Assembly (NCBI GenBank): GCA_965205865.1 | Contig: CBDBHR010000003.1 | Coordinates: 1-64,000 of the forward strand | Origin: a bacterium | GTDB lineage: Bacteria; SAR324; NAC60-12 | Direction of reading: 5' to 3' | Length of the DNA: 64,000 nucleotides | In this document: piece after piece, positions 31,450-43,043 of the stretch | How the letters are laid out: each line of letters opens with the position of its first letter | Position numbering within the stretch: position 1 is the stretch's first letter | The notes under the pieces: model-generated | What the model saw: the letters and a program-made list of their open reading frames with translations, nothing else | What the model was told of the DNA's origin: nothing | The model's database searches: none | Program-made: the position numbers and the translations under genes

Positions 31450-33150
31450 TCAAGAAGCTTTTTGCTGTCTCGCACGTTCCAGCATTTCCGATGCCAGACT
31501 CAAGGTTTGGGAAGTGATTTCAGACCCTCCCATCAAACGAGCCAACTCTTTCACTCGGTCTTGCGGATTGAGAGCCTGGATCGAAGTATAGGTTGCATTT
31601 TGATGAATGGTTTTAGAAATTGCAAAATGATGTTGCGAGAAAGAAACGATTTGTGGCAGATGCGTCACGCACAATGCCTGATGGACTTGACCCAGCGAAT
31701 GCAATTTGTATCCAACCATTTCTGCAATACGTCCACTGATTCCACTGTCGATTTCATCAAAAATTAATGTTTCTACCGGATCAATTGAAAGGAGAACCGT
31801 TTTTAAGGCCAGCATGATACGAGATAACTCTCCTCCCGATGCCGCCTTGGCCAAACTGCGGAGACTCTGTCCCGGATTGACGGACAATAAAAATTCCACT
31901 TGATCAATACCATTGGGTGTGTGTTGCGCACTTCTTTCAGGGTTCTTCAGGGTTTTTAAGTTCAATTGCGTCTCAAATCTGACTTTTTCCATGCCAAGCT
32001 GGAACAATTCTTCTCTGACTTGTCGATTTAATTTTTTTGCGGCTCGATGTCGCGCAGCAGACAAAATATGAGATTGATGCTCCAAGGCTGCTTTGGAGGC
32101 TTCCGTCTTTTCATGGAGCGTTTTTTCACTTTTTTCCGGATTTTCCAATTGATCCAGTTTTTCAGTGATTTGTTGCAAATACTCCAGAAGTTCAGGAATG
32201 GAACGAGCATATTTACGCTTCAGCGTTTGAATTTGACTGAGCCTTTGATTGGTCCATTCCAAGCGTTGCGGGTTTTCCAGATATCGGGAGGCATATTTAC
32301 CGAAACCACGGCGTAAATCCTCAATCTCAAGCAAACAATCTTCCAATGTTTGGCGAAAGTCCGTACATTCAGGGTCTACTTTTTCGGCCTCTTGTAAGGA
32401 TTGTCGAATGACACCAAGACGTTCCACGAGCGAACCGTCCTGGTCATAGAGCACCTCTTGGGCTTCTGCAAATATCAAAGACAATTTAGTGGCATTGCTC
32501 AAAATTTGCGCATCCCGGGTCAGAACTTCTTCTTCATCTACTTTTAAGTCCATCTCTTTGATTTCTTTTTGCCGGAACAAAAGTTCTTCAATTTGCCGGG
32601 AATCTTCTCTAAGCTGTTGTTTGAAAGTCTCGTATGCCTTCAAATCCTGTTGAAAAATGTGATATGATGTTTTGACAGTGTTGCGTAAATCCATCAAATG
32701 TCCAAAACCGTCGAGAAAGTCAACGTGGGATGAGACTTGCAGCAATGCTTGATTGTCATGCTGACCGTGGATGGTGACCAGTAATTTTCCTAATTCTTCA
32801 AGAGTGATTCGGGTGACTGCCACTTCATTGAGAAAATTTTTTTGCCGATTGTTAACCTGAAGGACACGTCTGATGATCAATTCCGATTCGAATGGAATAT
32901 CTATTTTTTGCAGCGTCAACTGTACGTTGGTCAAATTGCTGATATCAAAAATTGCCTCGACCAATGCTTGCGATTGACCGGATCGGATCAGTGAGTAATC
33001 GGCTTTTTTGCCCGTAATGAAATGGAGGGCATCGATGATAATGGATTTGCCTGCTCCGGTTTCCCCCGTTAAAATGGAGAATCCCTGTTCAAATTCAATT
33101 TCAATCTGCCGAATCGTGGCTAAATTATTAATCTTGAGGCGCAGTAACAT
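31450..33150 (-). CDS. recN: DNA repair protein RecN
   Basis: LTGETGAGKS, IHGQHD, ASGGELSR, LIFDEID, THLPQ. Confidence 0.97.
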   Translation of the reverse strand: MLLRLKINNLATIRQIEIEFEQGFSILTGETGAGKSIIIDALHFITGKKADYSLIRSGQSQALVEAIFDISNLTNVQLTLQKIDIPFESELIIRRVLQVNNRQKNFLNEVAVTRITLEELGKLLVTIHGQHDNQALLQVSSHVDFLDGFGHLMDLRNTVKTSYHIFQQDLKAYETFKQQLREDSRQIEELLFRQKEIKEMDLKVDEEEVLTRDAQILSNATKLSLIFAEAQEVLYDQDGSLVERLGVIRQSLQEAEKVDPECTDFRQTLEDCLLEIEDLRRGFGKYASRYLENPQRLEWTNQRLSQIQTLKRKYARSIPELLEYLQQITEKLDQLENPEKSEKTLHEKTEASKAALEHQSHILSAARHRAAKKLNRQVREELFQLGMEKVRFETQLNLKTLKNPERSAQHTPNGIDQVEFLLSVNPGQSLRSLAKAASGGELSRIMLALKTVLLSIDPVETLIFDEIDSGISGRIAEMVGYKLHSLGQVHQALCVTHLPQIVSFSQHHFAISKTIHQNATYTSIQALNPQDRVKELARLMGGSEITSQTLSLASEMLERARQQKAS

Positions 33151-33525
33151 GAGGGTTGGCGGTTAAGAACGTTGACGAAGGGCAACTGATATTTCCAAAA
33201 ACAAAACCTGGTAATGTGTTGCGCGAGTTAAAGATTTAGATGGAATAATGGCGTTTTTGGGTTGCTTGGAAAATTAGAGAATCAACCGGGTAAGGACGGA
33301 GTTCAAGGAGTAACTGACTGATCTCTAACATAGGGGGTTGCCGTTTACAAGGTTATTCCCTTTCATAGAGCGTTTCTTCCCTGCCGTTTTATCCAGCAAA
33401 CTCGTATATTAACCTGGACTTTGATTTCAATTAATTATATCAGTCACTTGTTGTTTTTTGCATTTGAAGAAACCGGTCAAATTTCGGGATACTCAATGCT
33501 GTCCAATATATAGGAGGAATTGTTT

Positions 33526-34614
33526 ATGGGAGATAGTTTAGGACAACTTTTTCGAATTACTACATGGGGGGAATCTCATGGTGGAGGAGTCGGAGTTGTC
33601 ATTGATGGTTGTCCTGCTGGTTTGCCCATCAGTGAAGAAGAAATTCAATTTGAATTGGACCGTCGAAAACCTGGACAAAGCCGGATCACTTCACATAGAA
33701 AAGAAAGCGACGTGGCACAGTTGCTTTCCGGGGTTTTTGAAGGGGCAACCGTGGGAACGGCTATTTCTATCATGGTTTGGAATAAGGATGTTCGTTCCAA
33801 GGACTATGAAGCATTGAAGGATCTCTATCGACCGAGTCACGCTGACTATACTTATGAAGCCCGTTATGGTCTCCGCAACTGGCAGGGAGGAGGGCGGGCG
33901 AGTGCTCGTGAAACCATAGGACGGGTAGCGGCAGGAGCGATTGCAAAAAAAATCTTAAAGCTGCACTGCGGCATCGAAACCTTGGCGTACGTGACTCAAA
34001 TCCATGATATCAAAGCACAAATTAAGCGAAAAAGTGTGACCTTTGAGCAGATAGAAAATAATATCGTCCGTTGTCCTGATGAAGCATGTGCGCCCTTGAT
34101 GATTCAACGCATTGAAGAGGCGCGAAAAGCGGGAGACAGTGTGGGAGGCATTCTTGGTGTTCTCGTTCGAAATACGCCTGCAGGATGGGGAGATCCGATA
34201 TTCGACAAACTCAGCGCCGACTTTTCCAAAGCTATCATGTCCCTTCCCGCAACACGGGGGATTGAATTTGGATTAGGATTCGACTCGGTTTATTGGACCG
34301 GTTCTCAACACAATGATCCTTTTGTTTTTAAAGACAAACGGGTGCGAACCCGGACAAATCATTCCGGAGGAATTCAAGGCGGGATTTCAAATGGCGAAGA
34401 TATTCATATGCGGGTCGCTTTCAAACCCACTGCCACGATCAATTTTGAGCAGGATACGATAACACGCGAAGGGAAAGCAATCAAATTGAAAGCCAAAGGA
34501 CGGCACGACCCTTGTGTTCTGCCTCGTGCAGTGCCCATGGTGGAAGCTATGGTGAATTTAGTGTTAGCGGATCATTTTTTACGAAGTTTGTCCAAAAAGA
34601 ATCAAAATCTTTAA
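33526..34614 (+). CDS. aroC: Chorismate synthase
   Basis: [25 protein letters not shown]. Confidence 0.98.
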   Translation: MGDSLGQLFRITTWGESHGGGVGVVIDGCPAGLPISEEEIQFELDRRKPGQSRITSHRKESDVAQLLSGVFEGATVGTAISIMVWNKDVRSKDYEALKDLYRPSHADYTYEARYGLRNWQGGGRASARETIGRVAAGAIAKKILKLHCGIETLAYVTQIHDIKAQIKRKSVTFEQIENNIVRCPDEACAPLMIQRIEEARKAGDSVGGILGVLVRNTPAGWGDPIFDKLSADFSKAIMSLPATRGIEFGLGFDSVYWTGSQHNDPFVFKDKRVRTRTNHSGGIQGGISNGEDIHMRVAFKPTATINFEQDTITREGKAIKLKAKGRHDPCVLPRAVPMVEAMVNLVLADHFLRSLSKKNQNL

Positions 34615-34830
34615 TTTGATGTGAAAAGCAATTGAATTATAATCCTTTGGTACCAGCCTTGCTTGCAAAAAAAGTGGACTTATGTCAACCTACCTTTGGA
34701 GAGTGTCATGGAAAGAGACTACGAAAAGAAGGATTCTTTTTATCCAATTTATCTGGTCATCTCAGGATTTCTGCTATTTGCTGTTTCGGTTTTGATTCAA
34801 ATCGCAATCATTTCTTCTTAGTAATCCTTT

Positions 34831-35790
34831 GTGCACTATGATGTGTTTAATGGGGATGCAGATGGGATTTGCGCGTTGCATCAGTTGAGATTGGCGGTTC
34901 CTCTGGAGAGTGAACTGATTACCGGTGTCAAACGTGACGTAACTTTGCTGCAACGTCTATCTGGGATAGTGGGCAGCACAATCACCGTACTAGACATTTC
35001 AATGGATACGAACAGGGCCGGCTTGCTGGAACTGCTTCGCTGCCGAAATAAAGTTCAATATTTTGATCATCATTATGCAGGAGAAATTCCTGTTTCCCCA
35101 AGATTGGATGTTATTATTGACACGGCTCCCGACATTTGCACAAGTATATTGGTGGATTGTTTTCTACAAGGCCGCTATCGGGCTTGGGCAATAGCAGCTG
35201 CTTTTGGAGACAATCTCCACACGCCTGCTTGGAAATTAGCAGAATCTCTGGCATTGCCGGATTTTCAAGCGCAACAGCTTTGCGAACTAGGTGAGTTGAT
35301 CAATTACAACAGTTATGGAGAAAAAATCACAGATCTCCATTTTTCTCCCATTACCTTGTACCAGGCACTGAAATCCTTCGAAGACCCCTTGGAGTTTTAT
35401 CACCACTCGGAAGTTTTATCTAAATTGAAGCGTTACTATGCAGAAGATTTGGAAAATGCCAAGTCCTGTTCCCCTTTTCAGCAAAGCGCGGCCGGTTTCG
35501 TTTACCAATTCCCTGCGCAATGCTGGAGTATACGGATTGCAGGCGTGTTCTGCAACATTGTTGCTCGTGAAGAACCGGAAAGAGCCCATGCCTTGTTAGT
35601 AGATAAGGGAGATGGAAGCTATTTGGTGAGTGTTCGTGCTCCAGTGAATCGGCCCTTCGGGGCTGATAACTTGTGTCAAGCTTTTGAAACTGGGGGAGGA
35701 AGAAAGGCTGCTGCAGGGATTAATAAGCTCCCCGACGGGGAGATTGAGCGATTTTTAAAGCACTTCGAAGCAGTTTTTACGTATGCTTGA
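34831..35790 (+). CDS. DHH family phosphoesterase
   Basis: NGDADG, FDHH, GGGRKAAAG. Confidence 0.85.
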   Translation: MHYDVFNGDADGICALHQLRLAVPLESELITGVKRDVTLLQRLSGIVGSTITVLDISMDTNRAGLLELLRCRNKVQYFDHHYAGEIPVSPRLDVIIDTAPDICTSILVDCFLQGRYRAWAIAAAFGDNLHTPAWKLAESLALPDFQAQQLCELGELINYNSYGEKITDLHFSPITLYQALKSFEDPLEFYHHSEVLSKLKRYYAEDLENAKSCSPFQQSAAGFVYQFPAQCWSIRIAGVFCNIVAREEPERAHALLVDKGDGSYLVSVRAPVNRPFGADNLCQAFETGGGRKAAAGINKLPDGEIERFLKHFEAVFTYA

Positions 35791-35860
35791 TGATTAAAAA
35801 TCCCCAAGTCTCTCAAATCCATTGGATCATGATTTCCCTTCACCATTCATGAGATCTACT

Positions 35861-37105
35861 ATGCAATATGGAAATTGGAGATGCGCTTATTTGCTCGCAG
35901 GAGGGTTGATCTCTCTGGTGAGTAGTGGATGCGGGTATAGCGAAAAGGAATACATGGCAAAAGTAAATAGGGCCAATGAATATCAACGCTTAGCACAACA
36001 AAGACAAGCAGCCCTGGTGACCAATGAAAAAAAAGTGAAGTTTTTAGAAAATGCCTTGCAAACGTTCCAGAAGAATCTGGCGATCGCGCAAACGGAGAAG
36101 AAGCGGGAAACTGAACAAAATAAAATCAATAAATTACATTTGGACCAGAGCAGAGAAGCGTTGAAAAAAATAAGCGCGCAATTGGAAAACACCGAGGGCC
36201 GTTTGGCAAGCATGGAAAAAAATTTGGAGGAAGCATACCAAGAGCTTGCAAAAACAAATAATCAACTGAAGAGGAGAGATATCCATCTGCAACAGACGAA
36301 CATCCAACTACGAGAGAAAGACGCGCAACTGCAAACCAAAGAACGCCAACTCAGCGAAAACGCAAGCCAACTACAAAGCATCCGGCTTCAGTTCCAAGAA
36401 GTCGAGGAACGACTAACAATTGCCGGTAAGCAATTGGAAAAATCCATGAGCTTGAACAAGAATTTAGAGAAAAATGCCCAAGAGAATCTTCTGCAGATTA
36501 CCAGTATGGAACAAAAAGAAAAAAAACTGCAAAAGCAGGTCGATCAACTCAAAGAAAATGAACAGCATTTGAATGCCCAAATTCGGCAGTATGGAACAGC
36601 GTTGCATGCGGAAGAGGATGAAGCGAATACAGCACTGGAACTCCAGCAAATACTTGTGGCGTCACTGAGAGAACAGTTGGAGACAGACAAGGTTAAAATC
36701 TCTGAACTTTCCAATCGCATTGCCTTGCGTTTGGATGAAAGATTGCTATTCGATTCCGGACAAGTCTTTATCAAAGCAACGGGTTTCAAAGTGCTTAACA
36801 AAATCGGCGCAGTATTGAAAAAGATTGAAGATAAACATATTCAAGTCGAGGGACACACGGACAACTATCCAATAGGCACTAGTTTACATGGAATATTTGC
36901 GACCAATTGGGAACTTTCCGTAGCACGCGCAGTCAGTGTTGTCCGCTATTTAGTAGATGTGGTGAAAATTGAACCCCGTCGAATTTCCGCGGCCGGGTTC
37001 AGCTTCCATCAGTCTGTTGCTGATAATAAAACACCAGAAGGGAGGCAGATCAACCGGCGTGTGGAATTTACTCTCTTACCTCTGCGTATAAATGAAGGGG
37101 AATGA
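35861..37105 (+). CDS. OmpA/MotB family lipoprotein with long coiled coil
   Basis: SGC lipobox, VEGHTD, NWELSVARA, NRRVE. Confidence 0.88.
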   Translation: MQYGNWRCAYLLAGGLISLVSSGCGYSEKEYMAKVNRANEYQRLAQQRQAALVTNEKKVKFLENALQTFQKNLAIAQTEKKRETEQNKINKLHLDQSREALKKISAQLENTEGRLASMEKNLEEAYQELAKTNNQLKRRDIHLQQTNIQLREKDAQLQTKERQLSENASQLQSIRLQFQEVEERLTIAGKQLEKSMSLNKNLEKNAQENLLQITSMEQKEKKLQKQVDQLKENEQHLNAQIRQYGTALHAEEDEANTALELQQILVASLREQLETDKVKISELSNRIALRLDERLLFDSGQVFIKATGFKVLNKIGAVLKKIEDKHIQVEGHTDNYPIGTSLHGIFATNWELSVARAVSVVRYLVDVVKIEPRRISAAGFSFHQSVADNKTPEGRQINRRVEFTLLPLRINEGE

Positions 37106-37190
37106 AGGGAACGTAATCAAAAATGTCAAGGTGCCTTGCAGGTAATAGGAATCCTAATTTGCTTTTCTTCATGAAAGAATACAGGCGAGA

Positions 37191-39575
37191 ATGTTCACAT
37201 TACTCAAATTGATGCTCAAAGTCATCAAATGGTTTGCGATCATCACTTGCTTTGCCTCAATTGCAGTCGCAATTTCTGCTGGGTATGTTCGATATCTGTT
37301 GAATGAAGAATTGCCACAAGACCTCAGGGAATACCACCGGCCCAAAGAAGCCTTTCCCACAGTCGTTTTTGACCGGCATGGAAACCGGATTGACGAAATT
37401 TTCATCCATCGCAGAATTGTTGTCCCTTTTGAGCAATTCCCCCCCTATCTGATCCAGGCTTTACTTGCCAGCGAGGATACCCGATTTTTTTCCCATTTCG
37501 GCATCGATCCGGTTCGCATACTGGAAGCGTTTTGGAGCAATATCAACGCAACACGTTCTGTCGAGGGATCTAGCACCTTGACCCAACAAACTGCCCGTCT
37601 CTTTTTAATGAAGAAGGAAGGGAAACCGATTCGCAAATTTAAGGAAATTTTGCTGGCACTCCAAATTGAGCAGCAATTTTCCAAGGAAGCCATCCTCTCC
37701 CTGTATTTAAATAAAATTTTTTTAGGCAATGCGGAAGGGGTTGAATCAGCCTCACAGGGATATTTTGGTAAACATGCCAAAGAGTTGGGCTTGGCGGAAA
37801 GCGCGTTGTTGGTAGGATTACTGCCTGCACCTTCGATTTACGCTCCTACGATAAATTCAATTCTCGCAAAGGTGCGCAGGGATTTAGTTTTGGATCGTAT
37901 GTTCGAAGAAGGGTATATCACAGAAGAAGAACGGAAATCTGCTGTTAAAGAACCAATCCAACTCAGGAGAAATTATGATTCTGATTCTGCTGCAACTGCC
38001 TACTATGTCGAGCACGTTCGCAAGGACCTGCTGCATCGGTTTGACTCTGAAATCTTGTATAGAGGCGGGCTTCGGGTCCATATAGCAATGGATCTGGAAT
38101 ATCAGGTTTATGCGCACGAAGCTTTACAAAAAGGAATTTTGGAGTTGAGCAGACGTCAAGGATTTCGCGAACCGTCGGAACGAATAAAAATGAATTTGCA
38201 AGGGTTACTACCCCCAAGCGAAATTCATCGCGTGACCCATAAGAATCAAATAATTCTGGGAAGCATCATTCAGGGAGTTGTCACTCGAGTATCCAAAGAA
38301 AACACCGTAGTGAATTTAGGGTCTGTAGAAGGTTATCTGGAATGGGCCAATCTCAAAAAATGGAAACTGTGGAGATTGGCACAAAACAGACGTGTGGTTT
38401 CAGTCAATAATCCTTCCCAAATTTTGCAGGCAGGGGATGTCATCCAGGTGAAATTGGAGGACTGGGACCCGGCAAGTGAGCAGTTTCGTCTTACACTCCA
38501 CCAAGAGCCTCTGGTCAATGGCGCGATTTTCTCTGTTGATCCACAGAGCGGAGAGGTTTTGGCCATGTCGGGAGGGTACCTGTATGATCAAAGTGAGTTC
38601 AATCGGGCTATTCAGGCGAAGCGTCAACCTGGTTCCTTATTCAAACCCATCATATACGCTTCCGCGCTGGATGCAGGATACACGTTGGCCAGCATTCTCG
38701 TCGACAGCCCCCGTCTTTATAAGGCTGAATCAGACGATTGGGAGGAGGATTCTTTGACTCTAAAGAATCATGGAGATACGTTGTTGGGCAATGTTTCTTT
38801 GCGTACCGCTCTTGTAAAAAATCTCGATCTTCCAACGATTGGCTTAGTGGAAGATCTTAAACCCAAGCGAATTATCGATTATGCCAGAAAGTTGGGAATT
38901 TCTGCTGAAATGAAGAATAATCTGACGATTGCTTTGGGATCTTTTTCGACGACTCTTCAGGAAATCGTCACGGCTTTTGGCGTTTTTGCCAATGAAGGGA
39001 CCATCACGATTCCAATCTATATCACTCGTGTGGAAGATCTCAATGGGGTTGTTTTGGAAGAAAATTTTCCCCGGAACAAGCCCGTGATTTCCAAAGAAAC
39101 CGCCTATTTGATTCTTGATGGCATGCGCGATGTCGTGGAACAGGGTAGCGGACAAATTGCCCGTAAAATAGAACGACCTTCTGCAGGAAAAACAGGAACA
39201 ACCCACAATAGCGTGAACGCCTGGTATATTGGTTTTATTCCTCAACTGGTCACCGGGGTTTATGTCGGATTTGACCAACCGACTCCCATGGAAACAGGCG
39301 AAACGGGAGCCAGAGCGGCGACGCCAATTTGGGTCGATTTCATGAAGTCTGTCACACGCGATCTGCCGTCTCAACGCTTTGCTCGGCCTCCTCAAATTGT
39401 TTCAGTAAAGATTCATAAATCCGGTCGTCGCGCCGGTCCTTGTGATCCGAGTGAAGAGACTTACTATGAACAGTTCAAACGGGGCACCGAGCCTTTGATA
39501 GATCCCGCCCTAGTCCAGCAGTGCAACTTGCGGCAGGAAACCCCTGACATTCAAAAAACCGATTTGGAATTGTAA
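37191..39575 (+). CDS. mrcA: Penicillin-binding protein 1A
   Basis: EDTRFFSHFG, STLTQQ, GSLFKP, GKTGT. Confidence 0.9.
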   Translation: MFTLLKLMLKVIKWFAIITCFASIAVAISAGYVRYLLNEELPQDLREYHRPKEAFPTVVFDRHGNRIDEIFIHRRIVVPFEQFPPYLIQALLASEDTRFFSHFGIDPVRILEAFWSNINATRSVEGSSTLTQQTARLFLMKKEGKPIRKFKEILLALQIEQQFSKEAILSLYLNKIFLGNAEGVESASQGYFGKHAKELGLAESALLVGLLPAPSIYAPTINSILAKVRRDLVLDRMFEEGYITEEERKSAVKEPIQLRRNYDSDSAATAYYVEHVRKDLLHRFDSEILYRGGLRVHIAMDLEYQVYAHEALQKGILELSRRQGFREPSERIKMNLQGLLPPSEIHRVTHKNQIILGSIIQGVVTRVSKENTVVNLGSVEGYLEWANLKKWKLWRLAQNRRVVSVNNPSQILQAGDVIQVKLEDWDPASEQFRLTLHQEPLVNGAIFSVDPQSGEVLAMSGGYLYDQSEFNRAIQAKRQPGSLFKPIIYASALDAGYTLASILVDSPRLYKAESDDWEEDSLTLKNHGDTLLGNVSLRTALVKNLDLPTIGLVEDLKPKRIIDYARKLGISAEMKNNLTIALGSFSTTLQEIVTAFGVFANEGTITIPIYITRVEDLNGVVLEENFPRNKPVISKETAYLILDGMRDVVEQGSGQIARKIERPSAGKTGTTHNSVNAWYIGFIPQLVTGVYVGFDQPTPMETGETGARAATPIWVDFMKSVTRDLPSQRFARPPQIVSVKIHKSGRRAGPCDPSEETYYEQFKRGTEPLIDPALVQQCNLRQETPDIQKTDLEL

Positions 39576-39614
39576 TCTGAAAAGAATGGAGAAAAACATC
39601 GTGGAGAAAAAGGA

Positions 39615-40727
39615 TTATTGTCCCTGCGCACGGATATATTCTATTTTATTTTGCCGAATATAGCTGATAGGCCGAACTGTAACATTCTTGACCACATTGG
39701 CTGATTCAAAAAATATCATTTGGAAGGGCACTTCCTGTTTCTCATTCAGCTTGAAATTTGAACTCTGTCGTCCGCTCTTATATGTATAAAAATCCTTAAT
39801 CTTTTCCAAACTCCAAGAGGAAATTTCTTGCTCCGTCAAAACATTGCCCGCATAGACAACAGAAGTTTCTGTAATCCTCCGATTTTCATCAAAAGCCAGA
39901 CCTTTGAGTTGAATCCAACCCACTTGATCAGAAGTTGGCAGGAGATTCCGTAATTTTCCTTCAACCACAAAAAGAGTTTGTCGGCTTGTAAAATTTCTTA
40001 CTTGCTTGCTGTCCAACTCTCCCCCAAAATGAACAGGAAATTCCCTGGGATTGAGAAGATGATCGACCAAGGATGGTTCTTTCAATATCAAATAAATGCT
40101 TGCCACCAACAGTGTTGTGAAGACCACCATAAAAGTCAGTAAAGCGATGGTTTTCTTTCCCCAATTGATTCCCGTGGGCTTGACAATTTCCTCTACCAAT
40201 GACAATGGGCTTTCTGGAAATTGGAAAGAAAAATCGCGAGACTGTTCAGAAGATGTTATTTTCGTTTCGGAATCCTCAGAAATTTGGGCTGGCACTGTTG
40301 ACGATGCAGAGGGAGTTGGCGGTTCGGAATCCTTCGGAGACTCCGGATTCACATTTGAGACAAAAGAATTTTCGTAATCCTTTTTACCTTTGGCAAGAGA
40401 AGATCCGGGCTCCACGGGAGATTCATCTCCTTTGGCAGATTCCAGATTTATTGCAGGCAATACATCCTTTTCTCCACTTTTCAACCCGGTGGCTTCAAAA
40501 TAAGCTTTTTCTGCATCTGAAAGAATAGAAGAAGACGCATCCAATTCTTCGGATTCACCAGAGTTTTGTGAGGATGCGGAAGGGAGTTTTTGAAATTTAA
40601 ATACCGTCTTGCATTTCGTGCATTTGACTTTTGAAACTTTTTCAGAAAATCGTGATTCGTGAACTCGATATTTTGTGCCACAATTGTCGCATCGAATCGA
40701 GATTTTAGCCTCTGAAGAAGAAATCAT
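39615..40727 (-). CDS. Zinc-ribbon (MJ0042-type) membrane protein, DUF3426-like
   Basis: CDNC..KVKCTKC, low-complexity linker, single TM. Confidence 0.75.
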   Translation of the reverse strand: MISSSEAKISIRCDNCGTKYRVHESRFSEKVSKVKCTKCKTVFKFQKLPSASSQNSGESEELDASSSILSDAEKAYFEATGLKSGEKDVLPAINLESAKGDESPVEPGSSLAKGKKDYENSFVSNVNPESPKDSEPPTPSASSTVPAQISEDSETKITSSEQSRDFSFQFPESPLSLVEEIVKPTGINWGKKTIALLTFMVVFTTLLVASIYLILKEPSLVDHLLNPREFPVHFGGELDSKQVRNFTSRQTLFVVEGKLRNLLPTSDQVGWIQLKGLAFDENRRITETSVVYAGNVLTEQEISSWSLEKIKDFYTYKSGRQSSNFKLNEKQEVPFQMIFFESANVVKNVTVRPISYIRQNKIEYIRAQGQ

Positions 40728-41081
40728 AGCAACATCATTCTGTTCGTTAAAGAGATCCTCGAGAAAGATTTAATTTGCCGAAATTGTAACACATTTCAGG
40801 GGTATTTCAAATCCGGATCCCAGGTCGACCGAAGCCATTTCCCTTTTTTGTGTTGTTAACTTAGTTTTCAGTAGTGGATTTTTTCGAGAAATAATGATAG
40901 CCTTTATAGTTTTTCAAAATGCTAGACAAGCAGGTGCGTGTTGATCAAACAAGTTTACTCAATCTCTCAAAGGGATCTGCTGGCCAATGATGGCCTGTTA
41001 AGGTAGGGTTTCGTAGAGGGGTTGAATGGGATGCATGTCTGAGGGTTAATTTATCCGACCATTTGAATTGAGACGAAGCAT

Positions 41082-41396
41082 ATGTTTCCATTGATACCAG
41101 AGGCAATGGCGCAAAGTGTCGCAGGATCTCTGACTGAGAGTCCCCTTTTTGGGATGATTCCATTTGTTCTTATTTTTGTTGTTTTTTATTTCTTGCTGAT
41201 TCGCCCCCAGCAAAAAAAGCAAAAGGCCTTACAACAGATGATTCAAAATCTGCAAAAAGGAGACAAAGTGATTACAAGTGGAGGGGTCCACGGCACCATT
41301 TTCAAAATGGGAGAATTGGTGCTAACTTTGGAAGTGGCAGAAAAGGTTCGCATTCAGGTAGATCGTCAGCAGGTAGCTCGAGTCGTGGAGAAGTAG
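41082..41396 (+). CDS. yajC: Preprotein translocase YajC
   Basis: FYFLLIRPQQKK, GDKVITSGG. Confidence 0.97.
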   Translation: MFPLIPEAMAQSVAGSLTESPLFGMIPFVLIFVVFYFLLIRPQQKKQKALQQMIQNLQKGDKVITSGGVHGTIFKMGELVLTLEVAEKVRIQVDRQQVARVVEK

Positions 41397-41461
41397 TAGA
41401 TGACACTTCATCACTTGGAGAACATCTTCAATATATATAAACTTCAATTCGATACAGTTTT

Positions 41462-43033
41462 ATGGATTTACGTCTAAAAGGGTTGTTGATTTTTGCAGTT
41501 CTGGCAATCAGCGTTTACTATTGTTTTCCAACTTACATGGCCTATCGGGAAGGGGGCAATCCTCAGGAAGTGGATAAAAAAGTCAACCTGGGTTTGGATC
41601 TTCAAGGCGGCATGTACTTGGATATCGAAGTCATCATCGATGAGGCGGTTATCGCAGTCCTGCAAAGGACTGCTCAGGAGTTGGAAGATCTATTCATTGA
41701 CAACCAAGTGGATTATTTGAATATCGAAGTGATCCATAAAAACCAACTGCTCGTCGAGTTGGCAGCTGATGAAGTAGTGGATCTGGAAGACTCGCCTTAT
41801 GAGCGGTTTTTAGTTCAATTCGATCTGGAGCAAAATGCGGACCAGAAGATATTGACGTTGCAAGCTTCAGAAGCGGACCGCATTAAAAGAGGCGCCATAG
41901 AACTGGCATTGGAAGTAATAAGGAATCGTATTGACCAATTCGGTGTCACGGAACCAACAATCCAACGTCGGGGAGACAACAGCATATTGATTCAGTTGCC
42001 AGGTTTAACTGAACGAGAAAGAGCCATTGATCTGATTGGAACTACAGCCGTACTTCAATTTTTTCTGGTGGAAGATTACGCGACTGAAAATAATTACAAC
42101 CCCCAAACCTCCACTGTGAAATTCGAAGAAGAAATCGATCCTGCAACAAATGAAATTTTACGGCAAATCCCCTATGTCCTGGAAAAGAAACCGGTACTGA
42201 CAGGAGAATTCATTCGCGATGCTCAGGTACGGTTTGATCCTAACGACAACCAGCCCTACGTTGGTTTGTCCTTTGATTCTATTGGGGCAGATCGCTTTGC
42301 CAAAATTACCCAGAAAAATCGAGGACGCCGTTTAGCGATAGTCTTAGATGGCAAAGTCCAATCTGCTCCGGTTATTCGAGAAGCCATTACAGGCGGAGAG
42401 GCATCCATTTCGGGCTTATTCACCATCGACGAAGCCAGCAATCTGGCTTTAGTTCTGCGTTCAGGCGCATTGCCCGCCCCTATCGAGATTCGGGAGGAAC
42501 GCACTGTGGGAGCTAGTCTTGGGGAAGACTCGGTTCGGCAAGGATTGATTTCCTTACTGATCGGAGGGTTGATTGTGTTGATTTTCATGATGATCTATTA
42601 CCAGGTCTCCGGTGTGTTTGCCAATGCGGCGCTTCTATTCAATATTATCCTGGTGGTGTCCGTATTGGCAGGATTTGAAGCCACATTGACGCTTCCGGGG
42701 ATGGCAGGAATGGTCTTGACTCTGGGGATGGCAGTGGATGCCAATGTTTTAATCTTTGAACGGATTCGTGAGGAATTAAAACGTTACGGACATCCCCGTG
42801 CCGCAATCAATGAAGGATTCAGCAAAGCATTTTTAACAATTGTAGATGCCAATATTACAACGTTATTTGGAGCTTTGGCTTTATTGCAGTTTGGCAGAGG
42901 TCCGATCAAGGGCTTTGCTGTGACTTTGTCAATCGGAATTGTAGCTAGTATGTTTACTGCAATTGTGGTCACCCGCTTTCTGTTTGAAGTGATTTATTTG
43001 AACCGTAAGCAATTAAAAAGCATTAGTATATAA
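41462..43033 (+). CDS. secD: Protein translocase SecD
   Basis: LGLDLQGG, LRSGALP, GMAVDANVLIFERIREE. Confidence 0.98.
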   Translation: MDLRLKGLLIFAVLAISVYYCFPTYMAYREGGNPQEVDKKVNLGLDLQGGMYLDIEVIIDEAVIAVLQRTAQELEDLFIDNQVDYLNIEVIHKNQLLVELAADEVVDLEDSPYERFLVQFDLEQNADQKILTLQASEADRIKRGAIELALEVIRNRIDQFGVTEPTIQRRGDNSILIQLPGLTERERAIDLIGTTAVLQFFLVEDYATENNYNPQTSTVKFEEEIDPATNEILRQIPYVLEKKPVLTGEFIRDAQVRFDPNDNQPYVGLSFDSIGADRFAKITQKNRGRRLAIVLDGKVQSAPVIREAITGGEASISGLFTIDEASNLALVLRSGALPAPIEIREERTVGASLGEDSVRQGLISLLIGGLIVLIFMMIYYQVSGVFANAALLFNIILVVSVLAGFEATLTLPGMAGMVLTLGMAVDANVLIFERIREELKRYGHPRAAINEGFSKAFLTIVDANITTLFGALALLQFGRGPIKGFAVTLSIGIVASMFTAIVVTRFLFEVIYLNRKQLKSISI

Positions 43034-43043
43034 AAGAGGATGA

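Noticed and set aside
36240-36400. Heptad Q/L repeats in the OmpA-family protein
   Set aside because: Ordinary coiled coil
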